A DNA stretch of 62,630 nt, counting the filler. It is 4 parts of 4 records of this genome, joined end to end, with 100 filler letters (N's around TTAATTAATTAA, not from the genome) between each part and the next. Parts side by side here need not be neighbours in the genome. Positions count along the whole stretch, not along the records: positions 1 to 30,259 come from SRR20825019_1743; 3 more parts are not named here. One strand, written 5' to 3'. This document shows, in pieces, positions 12,335 through 25,355 of the stretch (position 1 is the stretch's first letter; every line of letters begins with the position of its first letter). The notes under the pieces were generated by a model. The model made no database searches, was not told the origin of the DNA, and saw nothing but the letters and a program-made list of their open reading frames with translations. The position numbers and the translations under genes are program-made.

Positions 12335-14000
12335 ATGGAAATAGACTTTGTCAAGCAAGAGGCCATTCCACTAGCGTCAAAAGTGACTATATGGCGAAAT
12401 TTACCTAACAAGATAACGAGTGAAGAGCTTGAAGATGTTGCAAACCAATTTGGTGCAGTTCACAAGATAGTTCTACTTAGGAAAAAGAACCGTGCTCTAG
12501 TTGAGTTTGATACTACATACACCTCTGTCTTGTTTCTCGAGTCCTGCAAAGCGAAGCCACTGATGGTACAAGGTCGTGAAATTCACGTTGGCTTTTCAGA
12601 ACACCAAGATCTCTCTTCTAATTTTGGAGCTGCGCCAAAGAGCAGTGCTCCTGCATCTGCTATTACCGGTGCAATGGGGACACCCTGGCCTTCCAGCGGT
12701 CTGGTGGTCCCCACTATGCTTTCTTTGAGTGATGATGTGCCCAGTTCTGGCCTTGCTGACTGCGATAGCATTGGATCAAGGGTAAGTTTATGAGTGCCGT
12801 GAACTATACCATGAGTAACCTTAGCTTCAGTCGATTGGCCAGCCAACAGATGGGGCCACGACCAAACCACTCAACCACAAGCAATCCAATCAACCCAGCA
12901 CACCCGTGGTACCTGGACAGAATAGGATTCTGTTGGTCACATTACAGAGGCCACTGATCCAGTTCACATGGGAAACACTTTCGGTTCTGTTTGCCCCGTA
13001 TGGGAGTGTTGAAAAAGTAGTCATTTTGAACAAGAAGGTTATGCAAGCATTAATACAGTACGACTCTGTCATGTCAGCAATTAAGGCATTTACAGCTTTG
13101 GACGGTGAAACTGTTTATGGAGGGTGAGCTTGATGGCGCCTGCTTGCTGAGTTTAAGCAAAACTCATATGTGTGTAGGTGCTGCACCCTATCTATCCAAT
13201 ATTCGAAACTGAAAGAGCTGAGGTGAGACCGATTTGTTGAGCAGCTAATGCGTGATGTGAATAGTAACACGCAATGCAGTGTTCCTGTAAATACGGATAT
13301 GGCTCATGATTTCACCATCGCTGGGAGTATTCTTCAAGCATACTACGGACCGTCGGCGCGTGTAATCCATGTTTCGAATCTTTCCCCAATGGCGACAGCT
13401 GATGCACTCTTCAATGTGTTCAGTAATTATGGGAATGTCAGCCGCATCAAGCCGCTGGGTTGTGAAGCAGCTATTATTGAGATGGAAGCGTCGCAGTCGG
13501 CAGCGGATGTCGTGCATTATCTCAACACAGTGCCTCTGTTTGGGAAGGACATGTCGGTGTCCCTATCAGAGACACAGCTCGCCAATGACAACCTGGGCTG
13601 CATCATCGACTTCACTGTATCGCCGGTGAGCATCCTCCCTCAGGATTTAGACGACGTTGCCTGATGTGGTGATTCGCAGCATAATAGGTTTCCCCCAGGG
13701 AGAAACGGACATACCTATCGGTGTAATGCACCCAATTCAGTCCTGCATGTCTCGAACCTTGCAGAAGGATGCACTGATCGGGATTTATATAGCATCATGG
13801 CGCCGTTCGGAGTGTTATTGGCCATGAAATTATATACCTTTCGGGGAGTCAAGCAGGCCCTGGTTGAGTTTAATTGCTTGCCAGCTGCGGTCAATGCCCT
13901 CGCCCAGACACATGGTTCTGTCCTAGGTGGCCAGCCCATTAGGGTCAGCTTTTCACGAAACGGTAGTCTTCGCCGGCCCACCAAGAAGCCAGGGACCTGA
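12335..14000 (+). CDS. Polypyrimidine tract-binding protein / hnRNP L-like protein with four RRMs, multi-exon
   Basis: RRM1 SKVTIWRNLP...KNRALVEF. RRM2 NRILLVT...FAPYGSVEKVVI...QALIQY...LDGETVYGGCCTLSIQYSKLKEL...AHDFT is typical of PTB/hnRNP L. RRM3 VIHVSNL and RRM4 VLHVSNL...QALVEF...IRVSFS. Confidence 0.85.
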
Positions 14001-14029
14001 GTGGACATTCACTATCATCGTGAATTTCC

Positions 14030-17000
14030 TTATATCGGCGAAAACTCTTCGCTTTTCTCCTCGATGGGGTAAAGCCCGTCGGTTGTCCTGCGGAAATATC
14101 AACACTGGTAACTATGATAAATGGCATAACCTCATACTTGGTAATCCGGCTGGGCGCCTTCTTTGTCGATTTTTTCCTTGTGGCCTTATTCTTCTTCTCT
14201 TCTCGCTTATCTTTCTCTTGTCGGCGACGAATCTCTTGAATGCGAAGATTCTCCTCCTTCTCTCTTTGTTCCTTCAGGGCCCTTTCTTCCTCTAGTTTCT
14301 TGTCTAGCTCTTCCCTCTTTCTCATGCTTTCCGCAGCGTTTTCTTCCTTCTTCTTGGCCTTGGGAGGGTTTCGTGAGGTTTGTTTCGACATGTCACTCCC
14401 TAATAATCAGCGGTTTCAGCAATCCACTGCATATTGGAACAAGAAGCGTACCTGGCAAACTGGGTTTAGGCTTATCGGGGTCCAGTACCAAAACATCCCC
14501 TTCGCCTGATGGTTCCTTGCCACTGTCCCGTCCAGTTTTCTTGTCCATTTTGGAAGTGCTGGCAGAAGGATCAGGTCTTGTAATCGAGTCTGCATTGCGC
14601 GGATCAATGTCCAGAACATCACCCTCGTGGTCCTGTCATTTCAGTCCGAATCAGTACAATGGAGATCCTCTGTATCATTCCCCTACCACTTTCTCTTTGT
14701 ATCTCTCAGTCTTCGGCACAGACGGTCCAGAGGAAGCCTTTCCGGGTCGCAAAATTTTGTCTGCTTCAGGGTCGAGCATGGGCCTGTCGTCTTTGGCGTC
14801 TTCGTCCTCAACGAAGCCTCTTCCCGTCTTTGATTGCTTCCCAAAGTCCAGACACTTGTCCCTTCGAGCCCCAATCACATCTTTCACATTTTGAGGGTCG
14901 AGGACGATGATGTCGCCCTCTTCAGATGGCTCAACCTCCTTCCTACCACTGAATTTACCGATATTGATATTCATGATCTGCGGGTGAAATAAGGTATTGA
15001 CAGATTACCCAGCACTCAACCATATACCCTATTCTTCCACTTGCTATGGAACTTCTTAGAAGGCGACAAGTCAAGAACATCGCCCTCGTCATCACTACTC
15101 TTATCTTTCCCTTTACCCTCGTCCCGCCCCTTCCGTTTATCTACAAGCTATTAGATACTCGCGAAGTGAATCGTCCTCAATAGTTGCTTACCAAAGGAGA
15201 AAGACGGTGGCTTTGGCTGTGTAGGATCCCGCTTGGGTTCTAAAATGAGCACATCACCAGGATCATCGTCATCATCTTTGTCTTTAAGCTCTGTAATGAT
15301 TAAAAAATTAAATCAAGAGAAACAAAGAGCTGTACAAGTGAACATACTCGAATTCCTCCCTCGATACTTCGAAAAGTCCACAACACGGTGTCGCTCCTTC
15401 GTAGAAAGATAATCCACCTTTGGATCAAGGTCCAGGTGGTCTTCACCATCGTCTTCAGGGTCGTGTGTAGGTCGACCGGACTCGCGCAACATGTTAACCC
15501 GAGGAATATTCGGGCGAACTGAACCAATATCATAATCATAAAAGCCAACACTGCACAAGAAATTCAGAATTTTGACGCCTCTGATGTTTTCAATCTCTTA
15601 CTTGTCCTGATCATCTTCCTCATCTTCGAATTTGAATCGTCTTGAATCATTTTGGTAGCTGTAACCCTGAATAGATTTTTTCGTAATATTAAGGCTCTTT
15701 CGGGGGTCAACGTCGATTCGATCGCCCTCCTTTCCGCGAGGATCGAGCTCTGTTGGCTTATCTCGTTCCTTTCGAAGTATTTTAGCACCGGCCGCTTCCA
15801 CCAGTTGAAACTTTCACTCACCTCCCACTTTGAAAAGTCGGTAGTTCGAACGTTTGCCTCGGTGATGTCATATCGTGGATTGTACTTGCCAACATCTGGC
15901 TTTTTGTCCTCTTTTTCTTTAGGATCATCTTCCCTACCAAGCATTGTGGAAATATTAACTGTGTGCACACGTTTCTGCATAACACTATTTGGAAACGGTC
16001 AGCCCAGCCAGACATGATAGACCGATGGCCATACCTATCATCCGGATTGTAGTCACGATTGTCATCCTGAGTTGTCTCCTTGTCTGTCTTGGAAAGGGGA
16101 GCAATAACAATGTTGGGATGATTCTGGCGAGTGGGGTTGATGTCTGGGTTGAGATCCAATCGATCACCTTCTTGAATGAAAATTTTGTCGGGGACATGCG
16201 TGGGATCGTGATACGAATATCCAGGGACGTGTGCAAACGTAGAGTCAAGCGCCGAATCTGCATGATAGGTGGCCGGTCCGGGGTCTTTTCCTTTGGCGCA
16301 AAACTTGGACTCCTCTTCCTTTTCTTGTGGTGGCTGCATGTACTTGTCGAAATCCCACACCTGGGTGTCGGTGCGAGGTCGAACTAGGGTCAAATCCGGA
16401 TCGTACGCCCCAACTGGTGGAACAGGGTCCGTAGTATCGGCTTGGATTTCCTTGGGTGGAACATAACCCCATGCCGGTTTTCTGGGAAGCACGGCGTCAT
16501 AGTTCGGATACAACTCAATTCGGCGGCGAGCTGCCCGTTCCTTGAGGCGCTGGCGCCGATGGTCCCTTTCATTCAACTCCACCTCTCGGTTGATGGTACC
16601 ACCAACAACACGCCGTTCCGTGAGATTGTAGTTAACAGAATAAAGCGGACGAGCAACCTCTTCCGAGGCCTCATCTGGGTTTTCTTTAGCGAGGCCCCCA
16701 GGGATAGGTTTTTCAACAGGGCCTCTTATGACACAGCCTGGTGCTTTCTTCTTCACATAAGACATTCTTACATGGAGACGTAGGGCATACTCCTGAACAT
16801 TGCTTCCAGGTACAGAGTCACCCTTTGAATCCTTTCCTCCCCTAAAAGAGTATTGAGGCGCGCACTTCCGGGTCGAATCAAGCTTGTATTGATAGTCGCA
16901 AGGGCCAGGCACACCAGTAGCCTTTTCATCCTGAGCATGCTTGGCCTTGTTCCGCTTAGCAGACGATGGCGGAGGGCCCCATCTGACACCTGGCGCTCTG

Positions 17001-19860
17001 CAAAGCCGTTAGTTTCACACCAGAAAACCAAGGACTGCTATACTCTACTTCTTATGAACAAGGTTAAAAGAGGGATTATATATGCCCGGGCCAAGCTCGT
17101 CAGGGTTTCGTGCACGCTGAATGTACGAGTTAGCACACGCACACGAATGATCTAATAGTGTGTATCCACCTTTGTTCCAGAACGAGCACTTGATGTTGAC
17201 AACGGAGACAGCGGAACTCCGTCTAGTACTTTTTCGATGTCAAGTTTCATATCCTCATCATGGTCGCTCTTGTCGCCTTCGGCAAGAGGAGCAATGTCTC
17301 CATTCGACGGTGCAGTAACTTTCGCAGGAGCTGGATCACTTTCCATTTGGGTTGGTTCGGCGCTCCCGTTAGAAATATCGCTGTCAGATTTCGTTCCAAT
17401 TTCACCATTGGTCTCTTGTTGAGCTTTTGCAGCCTTCTCTGCAGCTTCCCCTAGCTCCTTCAAGTCCAAATTGGCGACAGATATTCTGCGAGTTTCCGTT
17501 TTGACGGCTGCCGGTGGGCCAAAATCTGAAGACCCTGAGGAGCTGGCCGGCGATATATCGGCCATCCCCCCTTTAGGCCCGCCTATAGACACAGGAGCCC
17601 GGGGGGCTGCACTAGATGTCCCCTTTCCCAAGTCACTGCTATTTGAACTTGAATGTGATGCCTTCTTTTCTGTAACTAATTCGCCGAACGATACCGTTGG
17701 GCCACCATCTTCCTTTGCACTCTTCGGTGGGGCGCCGAAACTCTCACTATCGATCGCATTCGTGGGTGCGGGTGGTGCTCCGGCTGGTAGCAGGCGGGGA
17801 TCTTTCGCCAATTCCCTTTCCTCGTCTTCGAGTCCTTCCAGCTCTGCATCCGTCGAGTTCTTACCACTCGAAACGGCCGGCTTCGGCTTAAACTCTCCTG
17901 CAGCGGATGGAAGCACATCGCTCTGCTCCGAGGCGATCTTCGACCTTACGAGTTCTGGGTTGTTCTCTGCCTGATCCCTTGCAGTAGATTGTGCAGTCTT
18001 ATTGGCTGTGCGATGTCGGGCCTGGGCAACAGCTTTTTCCCGGGCGACTTCGTCCATTTTTTCTAATGGTGCAATATATCCACCTACACATCGGGGCCGA
18101 ATAGCATCATCCTACGCGTATATGAGTTCGGCAGGAAGAGTATGAGAAAGACTACATACATTTTGTGGGGGAAGATTCAACGCCGCAGACTTCTTTTTGG
18201 TTATAGGTTCCGTAAGTTTCCTAATATCATCAAGGACCTTGTCGAAAAATTCTTCATCGGACATGGCTCGTCGCCCCGCGCCAGCCGCAGCTGATGAAAA
18301 ACAATCAGTAGGCTTCGACTAACAGCGCCATGATTTGAGGCCTTACGCTTTTCCACAGTAAATCGAGCAGACTGTGACAAGACTCCATTCTTGATCCGGG
18401 GCTTAACAAGTTTGTCGGAGGGATACAAAATATCCACCACTTCCTCCTAGATGGAAGCTTAACAACCAGAATGAAAACGGCATATTGGTGAGTACCTCCA
18501 CCTCCACATCAATTACAAAGCGTGTCGGAGGCGCCGACCTTGACCGCGGAATAGAATAAGACTTCGACTTTGGCATCGTTAGTTCGTCGTTAATGTTGAG
18601 ATCACGACGGGTATCCTTCTTTCCCTTGAACGCGTCTATGCAAAATGAGTAAGCAAGCCGCCCCTCCTTTACATGGAAACAGCTGCTCACCAGATCTATT
18701 TGTTTGAGAAAAGGTATGTTTCCGACTTGCTGGCTTCACCAAGTCATATTGCGGATGGTATATCAGCTCGGATCCTTGACTCAAATCAGGAGCCCGGTCC
18801 AGGCGCATCCTCTCCTCCCGCGTTGTTGATCTCTGAAAATCATGCCGTGGTGCCCGACGCCGCACGGCGTCCACACGACTCATTGACGGACCTTCAATGG
18901 CAATGTCTAATCCTTTTTCTCTAGGCTCCTTTCCCATAACTACCCCGCGAGACCTCGCCCTCACATAATCTTTGTTTGCCTCTGCACGACCTATTCCCCT
19001 ACAAGACGGATTAACGTACTCCGCCTACATTCCTTTACGGGAACCCACCAGTAATCAGCGTCAATGGCTTCGTAGTTGGATCTGCCAGTGCCGGACATAG
19101 TAACATTACGAGGTCTCTCATGTTGGCTAAGATAGGGGCCCTTCTCAATGCCACTGAAGCAATGTATTTCGCACCCACTACAAGTACATAAACTTGAACA
19201 TACAATAAAGAATAAGAGTCCTTCGGAAACATACCTCATATTCTTGACTGAATATAGCAATGTCTCGGGTTCCTTAGGTGGAACAGAATGTGACCGAGCA
19301 CTAAGCATGCGGGCCCTCAGCGCAGCATCTATCTTTTCGGTGCGTGCACTTGCTTGCGCAGATTCTGCTGCATGGGCATTCTCTTTCCTTACGCTATCCC
19401 GTCGCTTTGGTAACTTCCTCCTACTTGGAAGTCGTCTTGACACAGCCGGAACGGGGTCGGGGGCATCTGTTATCTTGTACGGGTCCGTGACCAGATGAGG
19501 AAGGATGCAGAGCCCCCCGACACTATCCCTTATTCTCTCATCTATTCGCTTCTCTCGGTCTCTGGACGGACTGTTCGGGTTGATGAAAGGCAGTGCCTCT
19601 GCCTTGTCCCCCAGCCTTTCGTCCCACGCAACAGTTCTACGGGCGGATGTGCGGCCGCGTCGGCTACCTTTTTCATCTCTGCCAGAGGAGGCGGCCTTAC
19701 CATGGGCCCTGAAGGACTGTCGCTCAGTGCAGTCATGACTAGAGTACCCTTTGTGAGAGGTTACTTCCTGAGTGGAGCGGTCGTCTCCGAGTTCCTTCAG
19801 CAAGTTATTCAAGTTGCTGTCAATATCCCTCAAGATCCCCCTGACCGACTCTCCTGGCAT
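14030..19860 (-). CDS. Very large SHIPPO / sperm-tail PG-rich repeat-like protein, multi-exon
   Basis: Repeats LGPGIYNPSFNLVHKKAP, PGPCDYQY, PPVGAYDP, PGPATYHA, PDVGKYNP. Introns near 17170-17117 and 17048-16998 join ORF 17152..18057 to ORF 15818..16912 in frame. Probable final stop TAA at 14032-14030. Confidence 0.65.
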
Positions 19861-19994
19861 CTATCGAACCCAAGCTCTTCAACACTGACCACTGACTCTT
19901 GCATTTCTAGCATATATAATAGACTGCAGTGTACGATGCGAGTTGTAGGAGCATAGACCACTGGCAGTAGTTGGCCAGTGTTTCCTCTTTGGAC

Positions 19995-21160
19995 GATCAG
20001 TCCCGGCCGCGGTGCGTGCCCAACACCGGCAGACGAACGCCAGCGGGACCTGCGCGAGCCGTCGCCTGCTCGCCGACGTTGCGCCGGAAACAAGGGTGAG
20101 GGTGGGCGCCGCCAACGGCCTCTCGCTTTGGCGGCCTCGTCCTAAGGGCGGCCTCTTGTGCGCTCACCGAGTCCCGTGACGGTGCGCACCTCTTCGACGT
20201 ACCGTCGTAGTGACTGCCCGGGCTGATCGAGTAGTCCGCTCGCCACTGACCGGCATGGTCCGCCAACCGAACCGTGAACGAGCCGTCCGGTCGCGTTAAG
20301 TTGCACGCCGCCTCGCTCCGCCAACTGACTGGCGCCCCTGCCCGCCCGGGCGGCGGCCGGGGCTCCTCTGCCCGCCCGGGCCGGCCCGGGCCGGGGGGGG
20401 CGCCGGCGCGGCGGCCGCGCGGCGCAGGGTGGGCGGCGCTCGGTCCATAATGCAGGTGGCCCGGCCGCACGCACTGATGAGTGCACCGGCCTTGTGCCGG
20501 CGAGCGCGCGGGAAAGTTCCCGATGAACACTAGCCAAGACGTTCAAATCGGACGCCCACTGCCCACCGCGAGCCTACAGTCCCCAAGGTATTCCCTAGTG
20601 GGAACTGTTCAGTGTTCGCCAATCGCACTCAGAGGCGTCTGGGCCGGCAACCCGCACCGCCCCGTGCGCCGGGCGCAGCCGCCGGCGGGCGCCGGGGTCT
20701 GCACGGTGCTGGCGGCGGCCCGACTGGCCGGCCCGCGCTCCCAACGCGGGGGCACCGGCTCACGCAAGCCGACGGCATGATGATGATGACCCGAGGGAAG
20801 CCCACTGACCGCACTGACCGGGGGCGTGGCCCCGGGCCGGCCCCGATGATGCCGTCCTCCCCAGCCCTGAGCCCGGCCGCCGGCGCCGTCGTCGCCCTCC
20901 AAAGGCAGTGGTCACTGGATGAGTCCAATCACGCGCGACGTGGGACGGGACCGGTACCGCGCCTGGCCCGCCGCGCGGCTAGGGCCTGCCTCCGGCGAAA
21001 GGCCGGCCCGCTGAGCCGGCGGCCGGGCGATGCCATGGCGGCCCGGTCTGACCGTGGGCGCCTGTTCACACCTGGAGCCCAAGGTGAATTGCTCCCATCC
21101 AACCCTCCCTTCTCCGAAACCAGTCAGTTCTCGCAGCCAAACACCGGATGCCGGCGCCCG
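19995..21160. promoter_or_regulatory. GC-rich bidirectional promoter island
   Basis: Lies between divergent starts 19860(-) and 21211(+). TATATAT on the minus strand at 19918-19912. Confidence 0.6.
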
Positions 21161-21210
21161 CGTCTAAAACTTCATAAGTGCTACAGCTGCAATATCTGGC
21201 GTTGACGTTA

Positions 21211-22480
21211 ATGCTCATTCTTGAAAGACTTGCGCGTTTAGCTCTACCACGCCCGAGTCATTTTTTGAAGGAAAGATATATTCTATCTCAATCCAGACTC
21301 TATACGAACACACGAGCTGCACAAGAAAGGATGGACTGCCCTGAACCTATTGTTGTGAAGGCAACGGCTCCTCACACCGCAACTGTTATCTGGATGCATG
21401 GACTTGGTACTATACCATATAACGACAACTGCATCTTTCTTACCACCTCGTTTTACAGGAGACACTGGCGCTGGATGGGCTGATGTTGCGCCCATGTTCT
21501 CAATGCCATGGACAAAGTTTGTGTTTCCCACTGCCCCAACTCGAAACGTGAAAATCAACTTTGGCATGCCGTAAGTAAGCCAGCCCGACCTGCGTATTCT
21601 AATTTTGACCATATGATAAAGGGGAACGGCTTGGTTTGACCTGATGTTTGGACCCTCGGGCATAGAGGAAGAAGTGAGCCATATTGATGACTGTAACAAG
21701 TATGGTATGTGCGGTCAAGCATTGGTATCTTGCCTTGTCTGAAATCCTCTACAGTCAAGCAGTTGATTCAAAAGGAAATTGACGCCGGTATCAAGCCAAA
21801 CAGAATTGCGCTGGGTGGATTTAGTCAGGGGGGGGGATTGGCATTGTTTTGTGGGCTCAACTATGACAAGCCATTGGCAGGAGTGGTTGCCCTCAGCACA
21901 TGGCTTATTGCAAGGGAGCGTTACCCAGGAGTAAGATCCCTAGCGGTGCAATTGTGCCTCTTCTCATTTAATTGATAGAACATCCATGCGGAGAATATGA
22001 ACGTTCCTATCTTGCAGTGCCACGGTGACAGCGATGACTTGGTCAAGACTGAGGTGTGTATTGCGCAGGTGTTAGGAAGTGCCCATGCTGAAGAAAAGAA
22101 CAGTTTGGAAAGATGACCAATATGGCCCTTAAGAACTTTGGAGTGAGTAACATTGACTTCAAATTGTACCCTGGAATGGGTCACTCGTCATGCCCCGAAG
22201 AAATCACAGAGATCAAGTCTTTTCTAGGAAAGATTCTCCCACAGAATTATGAGTAGGTTTTTGAAGTCAAGCAACGATTTTACATTCCCTAATACTTCGT
22301 TCCAGCGAGAATGCAACGACTCGCACCATGCCCAAGTCTCCTAATCTGGCTCCTAGCAAGGAGAATATCAATGACATGTCTGTGAAGGAGCTCAAGCTCT
22401 TCCTTACCAAGCAAGGGGCGGATATCACCGGCTGCGTCGAGAAGAATGACTTGATCAACCTCGCCAAGAGCTATTTGTAA
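21211..22480 (+). CDS. Acyl-protein thioesterase 1 / lysophospholipase family protein with C-terminal SAP-like helix-extension-helix domain
   Basis: Motifs ATVIWMHGLG|DTGAGW, KFVFPTAP, AWFD, RIALGGFSQGG (GxSxG), HGDSDDLV, YPGMGHSSC. The last exon encodes MSVKELKLFLTKQGADITGCVEKNDLINLA. Alternative start at 21331. Confidence 0.88.
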
Positions 22481-22517
22481 ATTCTTGTCCAATCCCTTCC
22501 GAAGTTGTGGCATCACT

Positions 22518-24625
22518 TCAATCCACAATGGGAGGATTTTCAACAAAGTTCTTCACAAACGTGAAGGCAAATGCTGCCCCGGGAATTCCCGTCATGCCCG
22601 ATGCAGAAGCAGTAAGCGCAGTCCGAGATATCTTGGATGACGGCTGCGCATTCGCTCCGGACACAGCATCATAGAAAGCCTGATATTCTCTAACCACCGC
22701 ACCACGATTGTCCAAGTGGCCAGATTCCACAGTTTGCTGTAGCACCTCCTTCACCTCATCAATATTCTCCCTCACGACATGACTCTGCATGTACCTTATA
22801 AAGGCCACATGCGCCCTCCACGACTTGATGGCCATTGGCAATAGGTAGTGATGGAGAGCCGCTTCTCTCGCAGTCTCTTTCACCTTGCCAGACAACGACT
22901 GCAGCATGTGCGCAAGCGACATTGCGCCGTAGCACAAGAGATCTTCCGATGGATTCATATCCATAATCTCTTTGGACACTTCCATCACACGGACCTCATC
23001 TCCCCCGCTTACCGCCGTATGAAGGTACTGAAAAAGAGTCAAGATAGCGAAGTCAGAGTTCGGACACAAACTGCCAACGCCAGAGGGGACAGGTTGTCGT
23101 TTCTTCGAGACCACATCACTTTTCTCTTTCCCAGGTAATGTGCTTTGTAGCCGCGTCAATTTGGATTTCTGCTCCGCGGTTAGGTCATCCACGAGCAAAG
23201 ACATGATCGCAGGAAGAAACTTGGTGATGGTTGCTTTGTCAACCTCCATAATCTTGTACTCCTTCGAGCTGACGAGGTCGCGCGACAAAAGGCCTGCGTG
23301 GATGAGCGTAGCTACATATACGGTCAAGTCGTCCTCCCTTGGCAGCTCCTCGTCGTCCACCAACTCTTTCAAAAAACCAAAGAGAGACCGGAACATCATA
23401 GTCAAAGAAGCTGGTGTGCCAAGAATCATTGTTGCGTCGCCAATGATAGGCGAACCGGGCTTAAAACCATTGAACTGACGCTGCATCTCATTCACATAAT
23501 TCTGGTCTAGTTCCCCTCCCTTGATACATGCGTCAATGCACCACGCCAACTGGTGGATTGGGTCCTGCTCAGTAATTTCTTTCACTTCGCGATCATGGAG
23601 CATCATCAATACGTCAGCACGGAGGGAGCAGTAGCGAAGGTCCCCTGTGGATGCAAATCTTTTCTTAATATACGCAGTCGCAATAGTGTACAGATCCATC
23701 GACTTGTCAATGATGTCCAAAATTGGCTGAAGTGACCTGCAGCGCCCCCTCCTAAAAAGAACTGTCAGGCCACATGGCCCGTAAAACAGCGGTGCTTCAC
23801 ATACCTCGTCTGAGGCCAGAAAGAATTCTTAGTGTGGTCAACATGAAAGTTCTGCGAAACGTCAGAAAACCAACAATTCCATTAGAAAGGAACCCTACCC
23901 ATGAGGAGGCAAGGTCGTCATAGTCATCCATGTAAGCGTCGAACAAGGGTGAGAGTTCCTTCTCAAAAATTTCATCGCTAACAAACCAGCATTGCTTCTT
24001 CACTCCTGGAGTCATATTCTGGAGCAGGGCTCAGCACTGCCACGACTATCTCATGACACCTAATGCACTGACCTCATACAACTCTTCGTTCTGTATAATC
24101 TTAATCAAGAACTCCTCCGGAAGAGTACCAATAGACTTGAGCAACAACACTGGAATATCTTGAAGGTCCTTGACGTCTATGTATGGGAAAAAATTCTTGA
24201 GGAGCTGCAGCTTCCTGAAAAAAACCTGGAAGTGAGTAACGCAGAGGGCACATAGAAGACAAATAGAATCGATGAAACTGTAGCAGCAACCAATGAACAT
24301 AGAACATCGAAACGACTTACTTATCTTCGCTCAAACTTGGAATAGTAACGAGGAGGTGAGCAGTGAGTGAGCCCAGGACAGTTTTATAAACGTCAGGGCG
24401 GTCAATTCCGAGCATATTCAAAAGCGGTAGCACCGACTCCACACTAAACTTCGTTAGCTCAACGGATAGTCAAATATCAGCACCATACTTTTTGTTATCT
24501 AGGGACAGATTTTCTTGTATAGTCCCAATTCCATCAACTCCTACGGTGCTAAGTTCTTTTCGTAGCTGAATGCTACCATCCTCTCCAACAAGAAAGCGCT
24601 TTCGGCCGTTGTCTTCGCGGGACAT
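22518..24625 (-). CDS. NELFB: Negative elongation factor B (COBRA1) homologue, multi-exon
   Basis: YCSLRADVLMMLHD..VKEITEQDPIHQLAWCIDACIK, IIGDATMILGTP, ELVDDEELPRED and TITKFLPAIMSLLVDD match my recollection of human NELF-B (YCTLRAELLMSLHD...DPCHKFTWCLDACIR...LITRFLPMLMSFLVDD). N-terminal exons SVLPLLNMLGIDR and VKKQCW...FEKELSPLF also align. Confidence 0.88.
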
Positions 24626-24689
24626 CCTGATGCACAGGTTGAACACTACCCCATCTGTGTGATATATACATAATGCCTTTGTCCAGATG

Positions 24690-25310
24690 CCAGTCCGGGA
24701 CTGCCGCGGCACCGCCGGCTCGAGCCGGCTGGCCGGCCCGCGCTGCATGCCGGGCGCGCGCCGCTGCTGAGTAGTCGGTGCACGGAGGCGAAGCCGGCCC
24801 GGCGGTTGCACCGAGGTTTGGCCGGGTCCCGACCCCCGGCCCCCGCCCGCCGGCCGGCCGCAAGGGGCACGGCCCATGCGGCCAGGCCGCCGCCCGCGGC
24901 CGGCCCGGGCCCGCGCCGGGGCACGCTCCGCCTCGTGGCCGGCACTCGGCTCAGTGAGTGACCCCACGGTGTTCCGGCCCGGCAGCCCCGGGCGGGCCTC
25001 GCCCGGCCCGCGCGGCGGGGCAGTCGCGACCGAATAGCGGCGTCCGGTCGCTCGGCCCCACGTCAGTGCCCGCGGGTCGCTCGGCCGCGGGCTCGCGCTC
25101 CGACCCCAAACGGGCGCGCGGCGGCCCGCGCGCCCACCCCGCGGGCGGCGGCGGCCCGGCGAGGAGGCCTTCCGTTCAGCCTAACCTGGACCCGCCGCAC
25201 TTTGAAGTGCGGGGGCTTCCACGGGGGCCCGGCCCGTCCGGCCGTCCGGTCCGAGGGCACTTGCCGCGGGCCGGGCGCCGCGCCGCCGGCTCCCTGTTCA
25301 GAGCCCGGCG
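24690..25310. promoter_or_regulatory. GC-rich bidirectional promoter island (NELF-B / CEP72-like)
   Basis: Lies between divergent starts 24625(-) and 25356(+). TA-rich boxes at ~24662 and ~25312. Confidence 0.6.
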
Positions 25311-25355
25311 GTATACATATTCTTGTCGTTGGGCCAGTTTGTTTTGTGTGGAATA

